A stretch of 64,000 nt of DNA, taken from NCBI GenBank assembly GCA_046290225.1, contig JBKAGE010000002.1, positions 33,392 through 97,391 on the forward strand, read 5' to 3'. This DNA comes from Bradymonadia bacterium (lineage in GTDB: Bacteria; Myxococcota_A; Bradymonadia; UBA7976; UBA1532). The notes under the pieces are model-generated. The model worked only from the letters and a program-made list of their open reading frames with translations, ran no database searches and was not told the DNA's origin. Of this stretch, positions 56,262-64,000 are shown one piece after another. Within the stretch, counting starts at the first letter, position 1. Each line of letters opens with the position of its first letter. A program made the translations under genes and the position numbers.

Positions 56262-57488
56262 TCAGAACCAGCCAGCATCGTTGACGACTGTCTTGCGGAA
56301 GCACACCAATCCAACGCGCCTGAACTCTTCATGGCCGTCCTGTGACCGAATATCGACGAAGATGCGCCACGTGTTTTGCAAAGAGCGGGTATATGCCCGT
56401 AAGGGGTTGCCCTCGCCTGTGGCGATTCGGCCGCTGGTCAGGTCCATTGAGCCAATCACACAAAACCAGACGCGCGAGTCGATCTCAGTGTCGAGATCCC
56501 CGCGTATGTTCATGTCGAAGAGTTGCACATGCACGAGCTTCTGAGTGGTGTTCAGGCTGCCGGTCAGGTTCAGTGAGCCACCCACCGTAACGTTGCTGTC
56601 CACGTTGAGGCTGCCGTCGATGTCGGCGTTGCGCTGAGTGCGGAAGTCGGTGGGGACAATCACGCCGCTGCCGAAGCGTCCGCTGGTGCCCAGGCGCAGA
56701 TAACCACCTGACATGCTGAGTGCGGCGGTGACACCAGCGCCGTCGTTCATGTTGTAGGATCCGCCGATGCTGATGGTGCGATTGACGTTCAGATCGCCCA
56801 CCAAGGTCGTATTGCCGTCGACGCGCAGGGTGCGCTCGAAGCGACCAGGCACCGCCACGCGAAGACCGTCTCCGAATGCGCCGTCTCGGCCCAGGTAGAG
56901 GTGATTGTTCAGGAACTCCAACGCCCTGGCAGGGTTGTCGTTGCCCTGGTCGACCCAGAGCGTCTGCAGGTTGAGCCGGCCTGCGTTCGTGTTGCCGTCG
57001 ACATTCAGGTCGCCACCCACACGGGCGTCACCGCCCACCGCAAGATTCGAGGCTTGGGCGCTCCAGAGGGCGTATGGTACGGGGTTGAGGCGCTGCCGCC
57101 CTCTGAGGGCAGTGTAGGCATTGGCCTCGGGCAGCTTGATCTGCATGCCCAGGTACAGCTGACCACCATCAGCGATGGCCGCCTCAATGCTCTCGTAAGC
57201 CCCCAAATTCACCGTGAAGCGACCGCCGGTGATGTTGATGGCCCGCCCGTCGGCTGCGCTCCAGGTCTCGGTCCACACCACGTCGCCTCCGCTCGAGGCG
57301 TCGTACAGCGTGAAGATGACATCGACCAGGCCGTTGTAGCCTGCCCCGTCCAGATCGAGCACACCATCGTACGGCACGACCCGCGCGATGTTCTCAGTGG
57401 CGTTGTCGTCGTCGTTGTCGGCCCATGTGGGCGCCGCCACACAGAAAGTGGTGGCCATGAAGACGATGGAGCGCAGCAGGTGGTTCAT
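56262..57488 (-). CDS. Secreted tail-fibre/trimeric adhesin-like protein
   Basis: Signal peptide; PYDG.L...FTLYDASSGG..VWTE...RQRL..VPYAL N-domain; G.L.V.G repeats; distinct C-terminal tip. Confidence 0.72.
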   Translation of the reverse strand: MNHLLRSIVFMATTFCVAAPTWADNDDDNATENIARVVPYDGVLDLDGAGYNGLVDVIFTLYDASSGGDVVWTETWSAADGRAINITGGRFTVNLGAYESIEAAIADGGQLYLGMQIKLPEANAYTALRGRQRLNPVPYALWSAQASNLAVGGDARVGGDLNVDGNTNAGRLNLQTLWVDQGNDNPARALEFLNNHLYLGRDGAFGDGLRVAVPGRFERTLRVDGNTTLVGDLNVNRTISIGGSYNMNDGAGVTAALSMSGGYLRLGTSGRFGSGVIVPTDFRTQRNADIDGSLNVDSNVTVGGSLNLTGSLNTTQKLVHVQLFDMNIRGDLDTEIDSRVWFCVIGSMDLTSGRIATGEGNPLRAYTRSLQNTWRIFVDIRSQDGHEEFRRVGLVCFRKTVVNDAGWF

Positions 57489-57698
57489 GCAGGTGTCCTT
57501 GTCTGGTGCTTGGGTCGACCGACATGCGTCAAACCTCCACGAAACCCGCAATTCAGGGTCGAACCGACAGCAAAAAAACCATCTCTGCCCTGAGCCTTCC
57601 TCTACGAGATGAGGTGAATCTTCGTCACTGCGCATGGGTAGATGCGGGGTTCACTTCTCGTTGGCGCATCTCCCCCAGAAACTCATGCAGGAGGCAGC

Positions 57699-58469
57699 AT
57701 GCCCAATTCGACTCAGCGCTTTGTTCGCGCACCCCGCGCATCATCCTTCGCTCTGACGGTTTTGCTCAGCGCCCTGGGGCTGAGCGCCTGTGGTGACAGC
57801 AGCTCTGGCAGCTCTGGTGGCCAGAGCGGGAGCGACATGGGCGCAGGCGGCGCAGGGGGCACAGGTGGCGCCATGGATTGTGTACCCGGTGCCGCCACGT
57901 GTGCATGCGCCAGCGACGGCACCTGCGCCACGGGGCTCCAGTGCGAGCTCGGCTTCTGCGTACCCGAGACGCCGCCAGAGTGTGATCCAGGTCAATCCGG
58001 CTGCGCCTGTGTGGATGACAACTGCGCTGCCGGACTGAGCTGCGTAGACGCGCTCTGTGTACCCAGTGGCTGTGAGCCCGGCACCGCCGACTGCGTATGC
58101 GCCGAGGGGAGCTGCAATGGCGGGTTGGACTGCGTCGATGGCATCTGTGGCATGTCCGAGCCCCCACCCACGGACGCGCTGAGCGTCACGGGGACCGACA
58201 TCCGCGGCTGCGATCTGGTGCTCACCGAAGGGGCTGTGCCAGTCCGCTCTGTCGCCTTCGCCGACGGTCTCGTCGCCGAGTGGCTGCGACAGGACGGGAA
58301 AGTGGCCCTGGTCTTCGTGGGGCTCGGCGGTGCGCCCATCAACAATGTTGGCGCCCTGGTGCTGAGCAACGCCCAGGTGGCCACCGCTGCCGACATCGGA
58401 ATCGATGCACTGCGCTGCTACGACGCGAACGGGCAGCAAGTCGGGGACGCACAGCTGGTCTTCGAGTAG
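57699..58469 (+). CDS. Cys-rich lipoprotein with C-terminal cohesin-like beta-sandwich
   Basis: Lipobox LSAC; three C.PG...C.C....C..GL.C..G.C repeats; ~98-aa beta-rich domain ending CYDANGQQV. Confidence 0.72.
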   Translation: MPNSTQRFVRAPRASSFALTVLLSALGLSACGDSSSGSSGGQSGSDMGAGGAGGTGGAMDCVPGAATCACASDGTCATGLQCELGFCVPETPPECDPGQSGCACVDDNCAAGLSCVDALCVPSGCEPGTADCVCAEGSCNGGLDCVDGICGMSEPPPTDALSVTGTDIRGCDLVLTEGAVPVRSVAFADGLVAEWLRQDGKVALVFVGLGGAPINNVGALVLSNAQVATAADIGIDALRCYDANGQQVGDAQLVFE

Positions 58470-58473
58470 CGCG

Positions 58474-58578
58474 CTACAGGGCAGCCTCTACGGTGGTGAT
58501 CTCCACCCGGGTCGACATCGCGTGCAGGGCGATCATGTGCAGCATCTGATCGACGGTGGTGCACAGATCACCGAGCAC
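58474..58578 (-). pseudogene. Possible C-terminal remnant of an isochorismatase/cysteine hydrolase gene
   Basis: Own translation VLGDLCTTVDQMLHMIALHAMSTRVEITTVEAAL*; coding-like codons, no upstream part. Confidence 0.35.
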
Positions 58579-58635
58579 CTTACCGTGTACTTCCTTGCAG
58601 GATGTCATCACTGAAACCCAACCCCCAGTTCTGAA

Positions 58636-59604
58636 TCAGGGCGCGCTGCTGGCGCTGAAGGCCCTCACTCGCCCGAGCAGTTGCGCAGACTCTACTTTGA
58701 TGCCCGCCTCGATCTCCTCTGCGGTGTTGCCCTTCACGATGATCGATGCCACCAGCTTCCCCGATTGGGTGTCGTGGGCCTTGATGTTGGCCCGCAGGCC
58801 ACTGCCGAAGGCGATCAGGTGAGACGACAGCACCACGTCGGCGCCGAGGTTCCGGCCCGTCTCCACCTCGCACTGACCTTCGCAGTTGGCGAGATCTACC
58901 CCAGGAGGCAGGAGCTCGAGGATGTTCTCTCGCGTCATGATCATGTGGGGGGCACCGAGCACGTTGACACACTCGCCTCTGAGCAAGTCGGTCAGGTAGC
59001 GATACTCCACCGCGTTCAGGGCATCGGCGCCGAGCATCTCCAACACCGCAATCTTGAGAGGTCTCACAGCGGCTGGTTCAGGGGTGGCTGGCTCAGGGGT
59101 GGCAGCCTCGGCAAGGCGGGCTGTGCTCACAGGGGCTGGCGCGCTGGCAAGGGCCTCTTTCTTGAGCACGTCGAGCGCTTGAGCGAACCGCATGTGGAAC
59201 TCTTCGTCATAGTCATGCCACACCATGGAGGGTGTCCACCCGGGCTCTGACTGCACCTTCACTAGGTGACGACCGCCCTCGGTGGCCTTGAAGTAGATGC
59301 CGACGAAGGTGTCGCTCTTGACGAAGTTGGCCTTGAAGTTGTCGACACCCCAAATGACGTAGCCCGACTGAAAGTTCCCCTCTTCTCGATGAAACGAGAG
59401 GTCTTGCGCCACGCGTTGCAAGGCTTGCACGATGATCACTTCGCTGGCCTCGTAGGGTCGAGTCACTCCACCTTGAGGCCAGCTCAGCTGGCGCCTCCCA
59501 TCGACGACGCTCTGCTCGGGCCTGAGGTTGCCGATGGTGCCACACGCCGTGCACCACAGCAGGCACGATATCGCACTGGCCAGGATCTTCGTGCCTCTGC
59601 TCAT
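58636..59604 (-). CDS. Lipoprotein with C-terminal CsgG/TolB-N/DUF2380-like domain
   Basis: Lipobox TAC; KIAVLE...CEGQCEVETGRNLGAD. Confidence 0.65.
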   Translation of the reverse strand: MSRGTKILASAISCLLWCTACGTIGNLRPEQSVVDGRRQLSWPQGGVTRPYEASEVIIVQALQRVAQDLSFHREEGNFQSGYVIWGVDNFKANFVKSDTFVGIYFKATEGGRHLVKVQSEPGWTPSMVWHDYDEEFHMRFAQALDVLKKEALASAPAPVSTARLAEAATPEPATPEPAAVRPLKIAVLEMLGADALNAVEYRYLTDLLRGECVNVLGAPHMIMTRENILELLPPGVDLANCEGQCEVETGRNLGADVVLSSHLIAFGSGLRANIKAHDTQSGKLVASIIVKGNTAEEIEAGIKVESAQLLGRVRAFSASSAP

Positions 59605-60674
59605 CGCGTGCGCTCGTCGAGGGCGCGCACCTCTGCGGCGACCTCCTCTGGGGCGCGGTGCTCGATCCAGTGATCCACCCCCTCAAGGGTGCGTACGGTG
59701 ATGTCACCAGCAAAGACATCGAGCCCCTCTGCATTCTGAGGCAGCAGCGCCGTGTCAGCGAGCCCCCACAGCACCGCCACAGGCACAGCGATGGTTTCGC
59801 TCAAAGCTGGAGACACCTCAGTCATCGACATCACGTCGAAGGCGTTGGCCCGATACCAGTTCAGCCCACCGGTGATGGCGCCAGGCTGAGCCCATGCCTC
59901 TCGGTAAGCAGGCAGCAAGTCCTCGGAGATGGCGCCGTCGAAGAAGGCCTCGATGGTCCGGGGGGTGATGAAGCGCTCGGCGTTGTCGGACCTGAAGGTC
60001 TCGAAGTACGACGAGGCCTCCTGCTGTGCCTCGTCTGTGGCGAGCAGATGGGCGATGCGCACGGGGTGCGGGCCGTTGGTCGAGAGCATGCCACGCACGT
60101 TGGCTGTCTGGTGATGCGCCAGCCCCCACGCCACGGGGCCGCCCCAGTCGTGCCCCACCACCAGCACGGGGTCGTCGCTCACGTGATCGATGAGCTGCAC
60201 CATGTCCTCGACAAGCAGCCCCAAGACATAGTCTTCCACGGCCTCGGGCTTGTCGGAGGTGTTGTACCCTCGCTGGTCAGGGGCGATGAGGCGAAACTCG
60301 CCGGCGAGCGCGTCCATGACCTCGGACCATGACAGGCTGAACTCGGGGAACCCGTGGAGCAACAGCACCGTGGGCCCACTGCCACGACACACCACGCTGA
60401 GGCTGACCCCCTCGAGCTCGACACGCCGCGTTTCGAAGGTGTCGGCGGGACAGTCTTCGAGCCACCTGGCCGCGGGCATGGGCTCGGCGTCGGTCATCAC
60501 CTCGGCATCGAGGAGGCCCGCATCACCCCCTTCAGAGATGGCGCTGTCCGGGCGCATCATCGACGCGTCAACGTCTGAATCGGCATTGGAGTCGTCATCA
60601 CAGCCCACAGCCGCACAGCAGCTCGACACGATGAGGATCCAATCACGGAGTATGGAACGATGTGCTGATCTCAT
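59601..60674 (-). CDS. Epoxide hydrolase-like alpha/beta hydrolase lipoprotein
   Basis: LLHGFPE, PDQRGYN.SDKP, GHDWGG, LNWYRA. Confidence 0.9.
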   Translation of the reverse strand: MRSAHRSILRDWILIVSSCCAAVGCDDDSNADSDVDASMMRPDSAISEGGDAGLLDAEVMTDAEPMPAARWLEDCPADTFETRRVELEGVSLSVVCRGSGPTVLLLHGFPEFSLSWSEVMDALAGEFRLIAPDQRGYNTSDKPEAVEDYVLGLLVEDMVQLIDHVSDDPVLVVGHDWGGPVAWGLAHHQTANVRGMLSTNGPHPVRIAHLLATDEAQQEASSYFETFRSDNAERFITPRTIEAFFDGAISEDLLPAYREAWAQPGAITGGLNWYRANAFDVMSMTEVSPALSETIAVPVAVLWGLADTALLPQNAEGLDVFAGDITVRTLEGVDHWIEHRAPEEVAAEVRALDERTR

Positions 60675-60735
60675 GGTGGCCACGAAGCCACATCTGATGG
60701 CAGTGTTTCAAGCCGGACTCACCAATGAGGCTCTC

Positions 60736-61929
60736 ATGCGCGCCAGAACAGCTCTCCTCGCCCTCGCGGCTCTCTCTGCCCTGCCCGGCTGTGACGACGA
60801 TGGCGGCGCCCAATCTGCCGTCGACGCCTCGATGTCTGCCGCGGACATGGGCACCATCCCCGACATGGCTGTAGCAGCAGACGCTGAAGTCTCTCGGCGA
60901 TTCGACACCATCGACCCCACCACGGACGGCCCCTACTCGGCGGCGTACACCCTACGACAAGTCACCGTGGGTGATCGCGTCTTGCCCGTGGGCGTCTGGG
61001 GGCCCTCTGAGCAGGTGGCGCAGGCTCAGCCTTTGGAGGCCATGGTGGTGCCTGACCAGGCAGAGTCCATGGCTGCATTACGCGGCGCTGCACCTGAGGG
61101 GTGTGTACCCTCGAGTCTGGAGGTGGTCCTCGATGGGGCGCTGTCCGAGGGGCGATGGCCCGTGGTGCTCTACAGTCACTGTCACGAGTGCCTCGGCGTC
61201 TCTGGCGCCACCCTCGCCCGACGCCTCGCCACATGGGGTCACATCGTGCTGGCCCCCGACCACGTGAACAACACGCTCTGGAACGGGCAGGCGGGCGACG
61301 GCGTGGCCATCACTGGAGAGTTCCTCGAGGTCCGGGGCAACGACATCGTGGGTGTGCTCGACGCCGTGGCACCTGATGGTGAGCTCGCCGCTCTGGCCCC
61401 TTATGTGGACCTGGAGCACGTGGGCGTCGCCGGCCACAGCTATGGTGCGGTGACCGCCGGTTGGGTGGCGGAGCGAGATCCCCGCATCGACGCCGCCTAT
61501 GTCATGGCGGCACCAGTGGAGAACCCCCTCATCCCCGGGGTGTCAGCGGCGAACATCACGGTGCCCACGGTCATGCTCGTCGCCGTTGAGGACAACAGCA
61601 TTCAAGAGATCGGGAACCGCTTCATGCGGGTCAACTACGAGGATCTCGGCGGCCCCGCCATCAAGGTGGAGGTGGCCGACGCTGGCCACTGGTCGGTCTC
61701 GGATCTCGCCGGCCTCGTCGAAGCGCTCGCGCCGGGCTGTGGTGAGGGCATCCGGCAAACCAACGAGGAGCCCTTCACCTATCTCGATCCCGACGAGGGG
61801 CGCCACATCACCGCCACGTGGGGTGTGGCCCTCTTCGGCGCTCTCCTTCAGGGTGACGAAGAGACCTCGGCATGGCTGAACGACTTCTCCGCTGAGGGTC
61901 AGGACATCCAGCGCCGCCAGTGGCCATGA
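60736..61929 (+). CDS. Alpha/beta hydrolase lipoprotein (PAF-AH/dienelactone hydrolase-like)
   Basis: Lipobox LPGC; WPVVLYSH, APDH, GHSYGA, AGHWS. Confidence 0.85.
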   Translation: MRARTALLALAALSALPGCDDDGGAQSAVDASMSAADMGTIPDMAVAADAEVSRRFDTIDPTTDGPYSAAYTLRQVTVGDRVLPVGVWGPSEQVAQAQPLEAMVVPDQAESMAALRGAAPEGCVPSSLEVVLDGALSEGRWPVVLYSHCHECLGVSGATLARRLATWGHIVLAPDHVNNTLWNGQAGDGVAITGEFLEVRGNDIVGVLDAVAPDGELAALAPYVDLEHVGVAGHSYGAVTAGWVAERDPRIDAAYVMAAPVENPLIPGVSAANITVPTVMLVAVEDNSIQEIGNRFMRVNYEDLGGPAIKVEVADAGHWSVSDLAGLVEALAPGCGEGIRQTNEEPFTYLDPDEGRHITATWGVALFGALLQGDEETSAWLNDFSAEGQDIQRRQWP

Positions 61930-62450
61930 GCCCGGCCCTGGCCTACTACCGCGCCTGTGTCGGCAAATGGCGCGGGCCCATGCAGGTGTCCATCACCGAC
62001 TTTGGCGCCACCCGACGGGCCATGGGCCTACTCAACGCCATGTCGCTGTGGTGCTTGAGCCGCTGGCCGCGGTGGCTCGGGGGCATCTGGATGGAGACCT
62101 CGGTCACCGAGGTCGACCCTCGACAATTCGTACACACCACCCTCGTGCGCGCATTGGGTGTGCCCATGATGCGCGGTGTGGAGACCCTCACCCTGAACGC
62201 AGATGGAGCCACATTCGAGCTGTCAGGGCGAAGCCGACTGACGCTGGCACCATGGAAGAAGGTGAGCGTCTCGGGCCCTGGCAGGGTGAACGCCAACACC
62301 ACCGATGCGTGCTACACCCTCACGTGGCTCGGCGCGCCCATCACCCAGACCGGCACCCGAGAGGGTGACCACGTCACCCTGAGGCAGCAGGGCGAGGGCT
62401 TCAGCAGCGTGCAACCACTTGAGCGGCAACCACTTGAGCGACAACACTGA
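61926..62450 (+). CDS. Hypothetical protein
   Basis: ATGA coupling to upstream gene; coding-like codon usage. Confidence 0.65.
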   Translation: MSPALAYYRACVGKWRGPMQVSITDFGATRRAMGLLNAMSLWCLSRWPRWLGGIWMETSVTEVDPRQFVHTTLVRALGVPMMRGVETLTLNADGATFELSGRSRLTLAPWKKVSVSGPGRVNANTTDACYTLTWLGAPITQTGTREGDHVTLRQQGEGFSSVQPLERQPLERQH

Positions 62451-62456
62451 CACGCA

Positions 62457-63479
62457 TCAATTCAGGTGGTACCGGTGGAGCCGCGTCTCACCATTGCGGC
62501 GAATGCGCATCGGGATCACCTCACCGGCCTCGAAAGCGCCCAGCAACTGCGCAGCATCCACGAGCGTAGTGACACGCTGCCCATCGATGTGTGTGATGAT
62601 GTCCCCGCTCATCAGACCCAGGTCACGGTAGCTGCTGCCATCGGGCAAGGCGCCGAACTGCAGCCTGACAGAGCGCCCTCCGATGCCTTCGATCTCGTAG
62701 ATGGCCCCGTGCTCGGCGACATCGCTGTTGAACAGCAGATTGTAGGCCCCGATGTGGTCGTTGATGGCGTAGTGGTGACCGATCAGCATGGGGATCTCGG
62801 CGAACATGGGCCCGGCCCCAGGGGGCGGGGGCAGCGGCGCTGGCTCTTCGCAGGCGGCCTCAAGGGCGGCATCCTGCTCTTCTTCACACACAGCGAGCTC
62901 TTCATCGACCACTGCAGGCTCTGCACCCTCTACGATGTCGATGAGCGAAGTGAGTGTGCACTCCATCGAATCACACACGGCGTACCCACGCTTCTCGCGC
63001 AGACACAGAGCATAGTGTTCGTCTTCGGGATCACACGTATCCACGAGCTCTCGGCACTGACACTCCTCATAGTTGTTCAGCGACTCGGCCTCGCACATCT
63101 CGGTGGCCATGTTGTCGATGTACTGGTTGAGGCAATCCCCACACGAGCCACCAGGCAACGTCTTGACGAGGACCTCGTAAGTGTCACCTGCGTCGTAGCT
63201 GAAGGTCACAGCGCCAGCGTTCACCCCACCAACGGTGACCCCACCAACGGTACCATTCACCGTGGCCCCGCTGGTGACGACGTTGTAGCAGTACAGGCAG
63301 GCCCCCATCCCCATCTCGTCGAGTTGGTCCTGGCAGTCTTCGAGTGCCTGGTTGGCGGCGTCGACGATCTCTTCGTCGACGCCCTTGTTGGTGTTCTTGC
63401 CACCGCAGCCGCTGAGCGCAGGCAGGGCGATGGCGCCGAGGCAGAGAAATCCGAGTGAGCGAAGGGAGAATGAGCGCAT
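62457..63479 (-). CDS. Cys-rich lipoprotein with C-terminal PDZ domain (GspC-like)
   Basis: Lipobox LSGC; acidic Cys-rich middle; GS.Y.DLGLMSGDIITHIDG...IRRNG. Confidence 0.75.
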   Translation of the reverse strand: MRSFSLRSLGFLCLGAIALPALSGCGGKNTNKGVDEEIVDAANQALEDCQDQLDEMGMGACLYCYNVVTSGATVNGTVGGVTVGGVNAGAVTFSYDAGDTYEVLVKTLPGGSCGDCLNQYIDNMATEMCEAESLNNYEECQCRELVDTCDPEDEHYALCLREKRGYAVCDSMECTLTSLIDIVEGAEPAVVDEELAVCEEEQDAALEAACEEPAPLPPPPGAGPMFAEIPMLIGHHYAINDHIGAYNLLFNSDVAEHGAIYEIEGIGGRSVRLQFGALPDGSSYRDLGLMSGDIITHIDGQRVTTLVDAAQLLGAFEAGEVIPMRIRRNGETRLHRYHLN

Positions 63480-63552
63480 GAGAGCCTCCAGACGATGCGT
63501 GTTGAGTGGTCGGTCTGGGGTTCGCTGCTGGGGGGGAGAGTCTGACAAGAAA

Positions 63553-63845
63553 AGAGAGTTTGTCGGGCACGGGCACGGGCACGGGCACGAGTTGATTCGA
63601 CCCTGGACCCGTGGCCCTGCATGACTCAGGGCGATGGTTGTCATTGATGCTGAGTTGATGTGTTGCAGAACGACCTGAGAGGTCAGGTTTTGGGGTGTAT
63701 GGAGGCCAAAACCTCCAATGAGAGACATATGAGGCCGAGTATCGCCTCCACCATCACAAACCCACGGGCGGAGTCATGCAGGGCCACGGGTCCAGGGTCG
63801 AATCAACTCGTGCCCGTGCCCGTGCCCGTGCCCGACAAACTCTCT
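63553..63845. repeat. 293-bp element bounded by perfect 75-bp inverted repeats containing (GGGCAC)4 (MITE/REPIN-like)
   Basis: 63553-63627 is the reverse complement of 63771-63845; 143-bp spacer with internal hairpins. Confidence 0.92.
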
Positions 63846-63902
63846 CAATAGGGACTCAGCTCCATTTTGCCCCTCCAGCGCCAAGCCCCCAACTCAGCCC
63901 TG

Positions 63903-64000
63903 TGAATCGCCCCGGGTTTACCGGAGACCCCAGAAATTGAGAGAATGGGGTCATGAGCAAGAGGTATTCAAAAGAGGTCCGAGAGCGTGCGGTGCGGCTG
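63903..64000 (+). mobile_element. Left end of an IS3-family (IS51/IS6110-like) element; orfA starts at 63953
   Basis: IRL TGAATCGCCCCGGGTTTACCGGAGAC resembles the IS6110 IRL; MSKRYSKEVRERAVRL. Confidence 0.88.

Noticed and set aside
63628..63770. Four-helix-bundle or transposase gene between the inverted repeats
   Set aside because: The spacer is only 143 bp with no such ORF.
63480..63851. Long N-terminal extension of ORF 62457..63728 and small VPVPVP/CPCPCP/ARARAR ORFs
   Set aside because: These are translations of the GGGCAC repeats; the lipoprotein start at 63479 has an RBS and signal peptide.
1..64000. rRNA, tRNA, reverse transcriptase, prophage or known defence genes
   Set aside because: None recognised by eye; small RNAs could have been missed without covariance searches.

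Overview
A GC-rich bacterial window. A Myxococcota/Bradymonadia-type deltaproteobacterium is inferred from a MYXO-CTERM-like tail, several Ser/Thr kinases and many lipoproteins with acidic tethers. It holds about 55 genes: stress/redox and housekeeping genes (selO-msrB, arsH-arsC, aqpZ, GST, AKR), an NrtR-SPFH-NAD kinase-like operon, three multiheme c cytochromes, an ECF/anti-sigma/YtfI-like/2xGerW operon, and the left end of an IS3-family element at the right edge. The best candidate for a new system is at 47.2-58.5 kb. There, a Sec-exported SpvB/FG-GAP/RHS protein carries an inserted dockerin-like motif and an unrecognised C-terminal cargo, and has no immunity gene. It lies beside an ECF43-type sigma/Ser-Thr kinase pair, a fibre adhesin-like protein and a Cys-rich lipoprotein ending in a cohesin-like domain, which suggests a cohesin-dockerin-tethered surface RHS toxin. 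Second, there is a set of highly structured non-coding elements: a ~420-bp ladder of repeats and triloop hairpins at 40.8-41.2 kb, a perfect 75-bp inverted-repeat element at 63.55-63.85 kb, and fragments at 1.95 and 2.97 kb. Third, a NorR-like activator faces a sigma54-type promoter and an octaheme cytochrome. All family calls come from reading motifs by eye; no searches were run.
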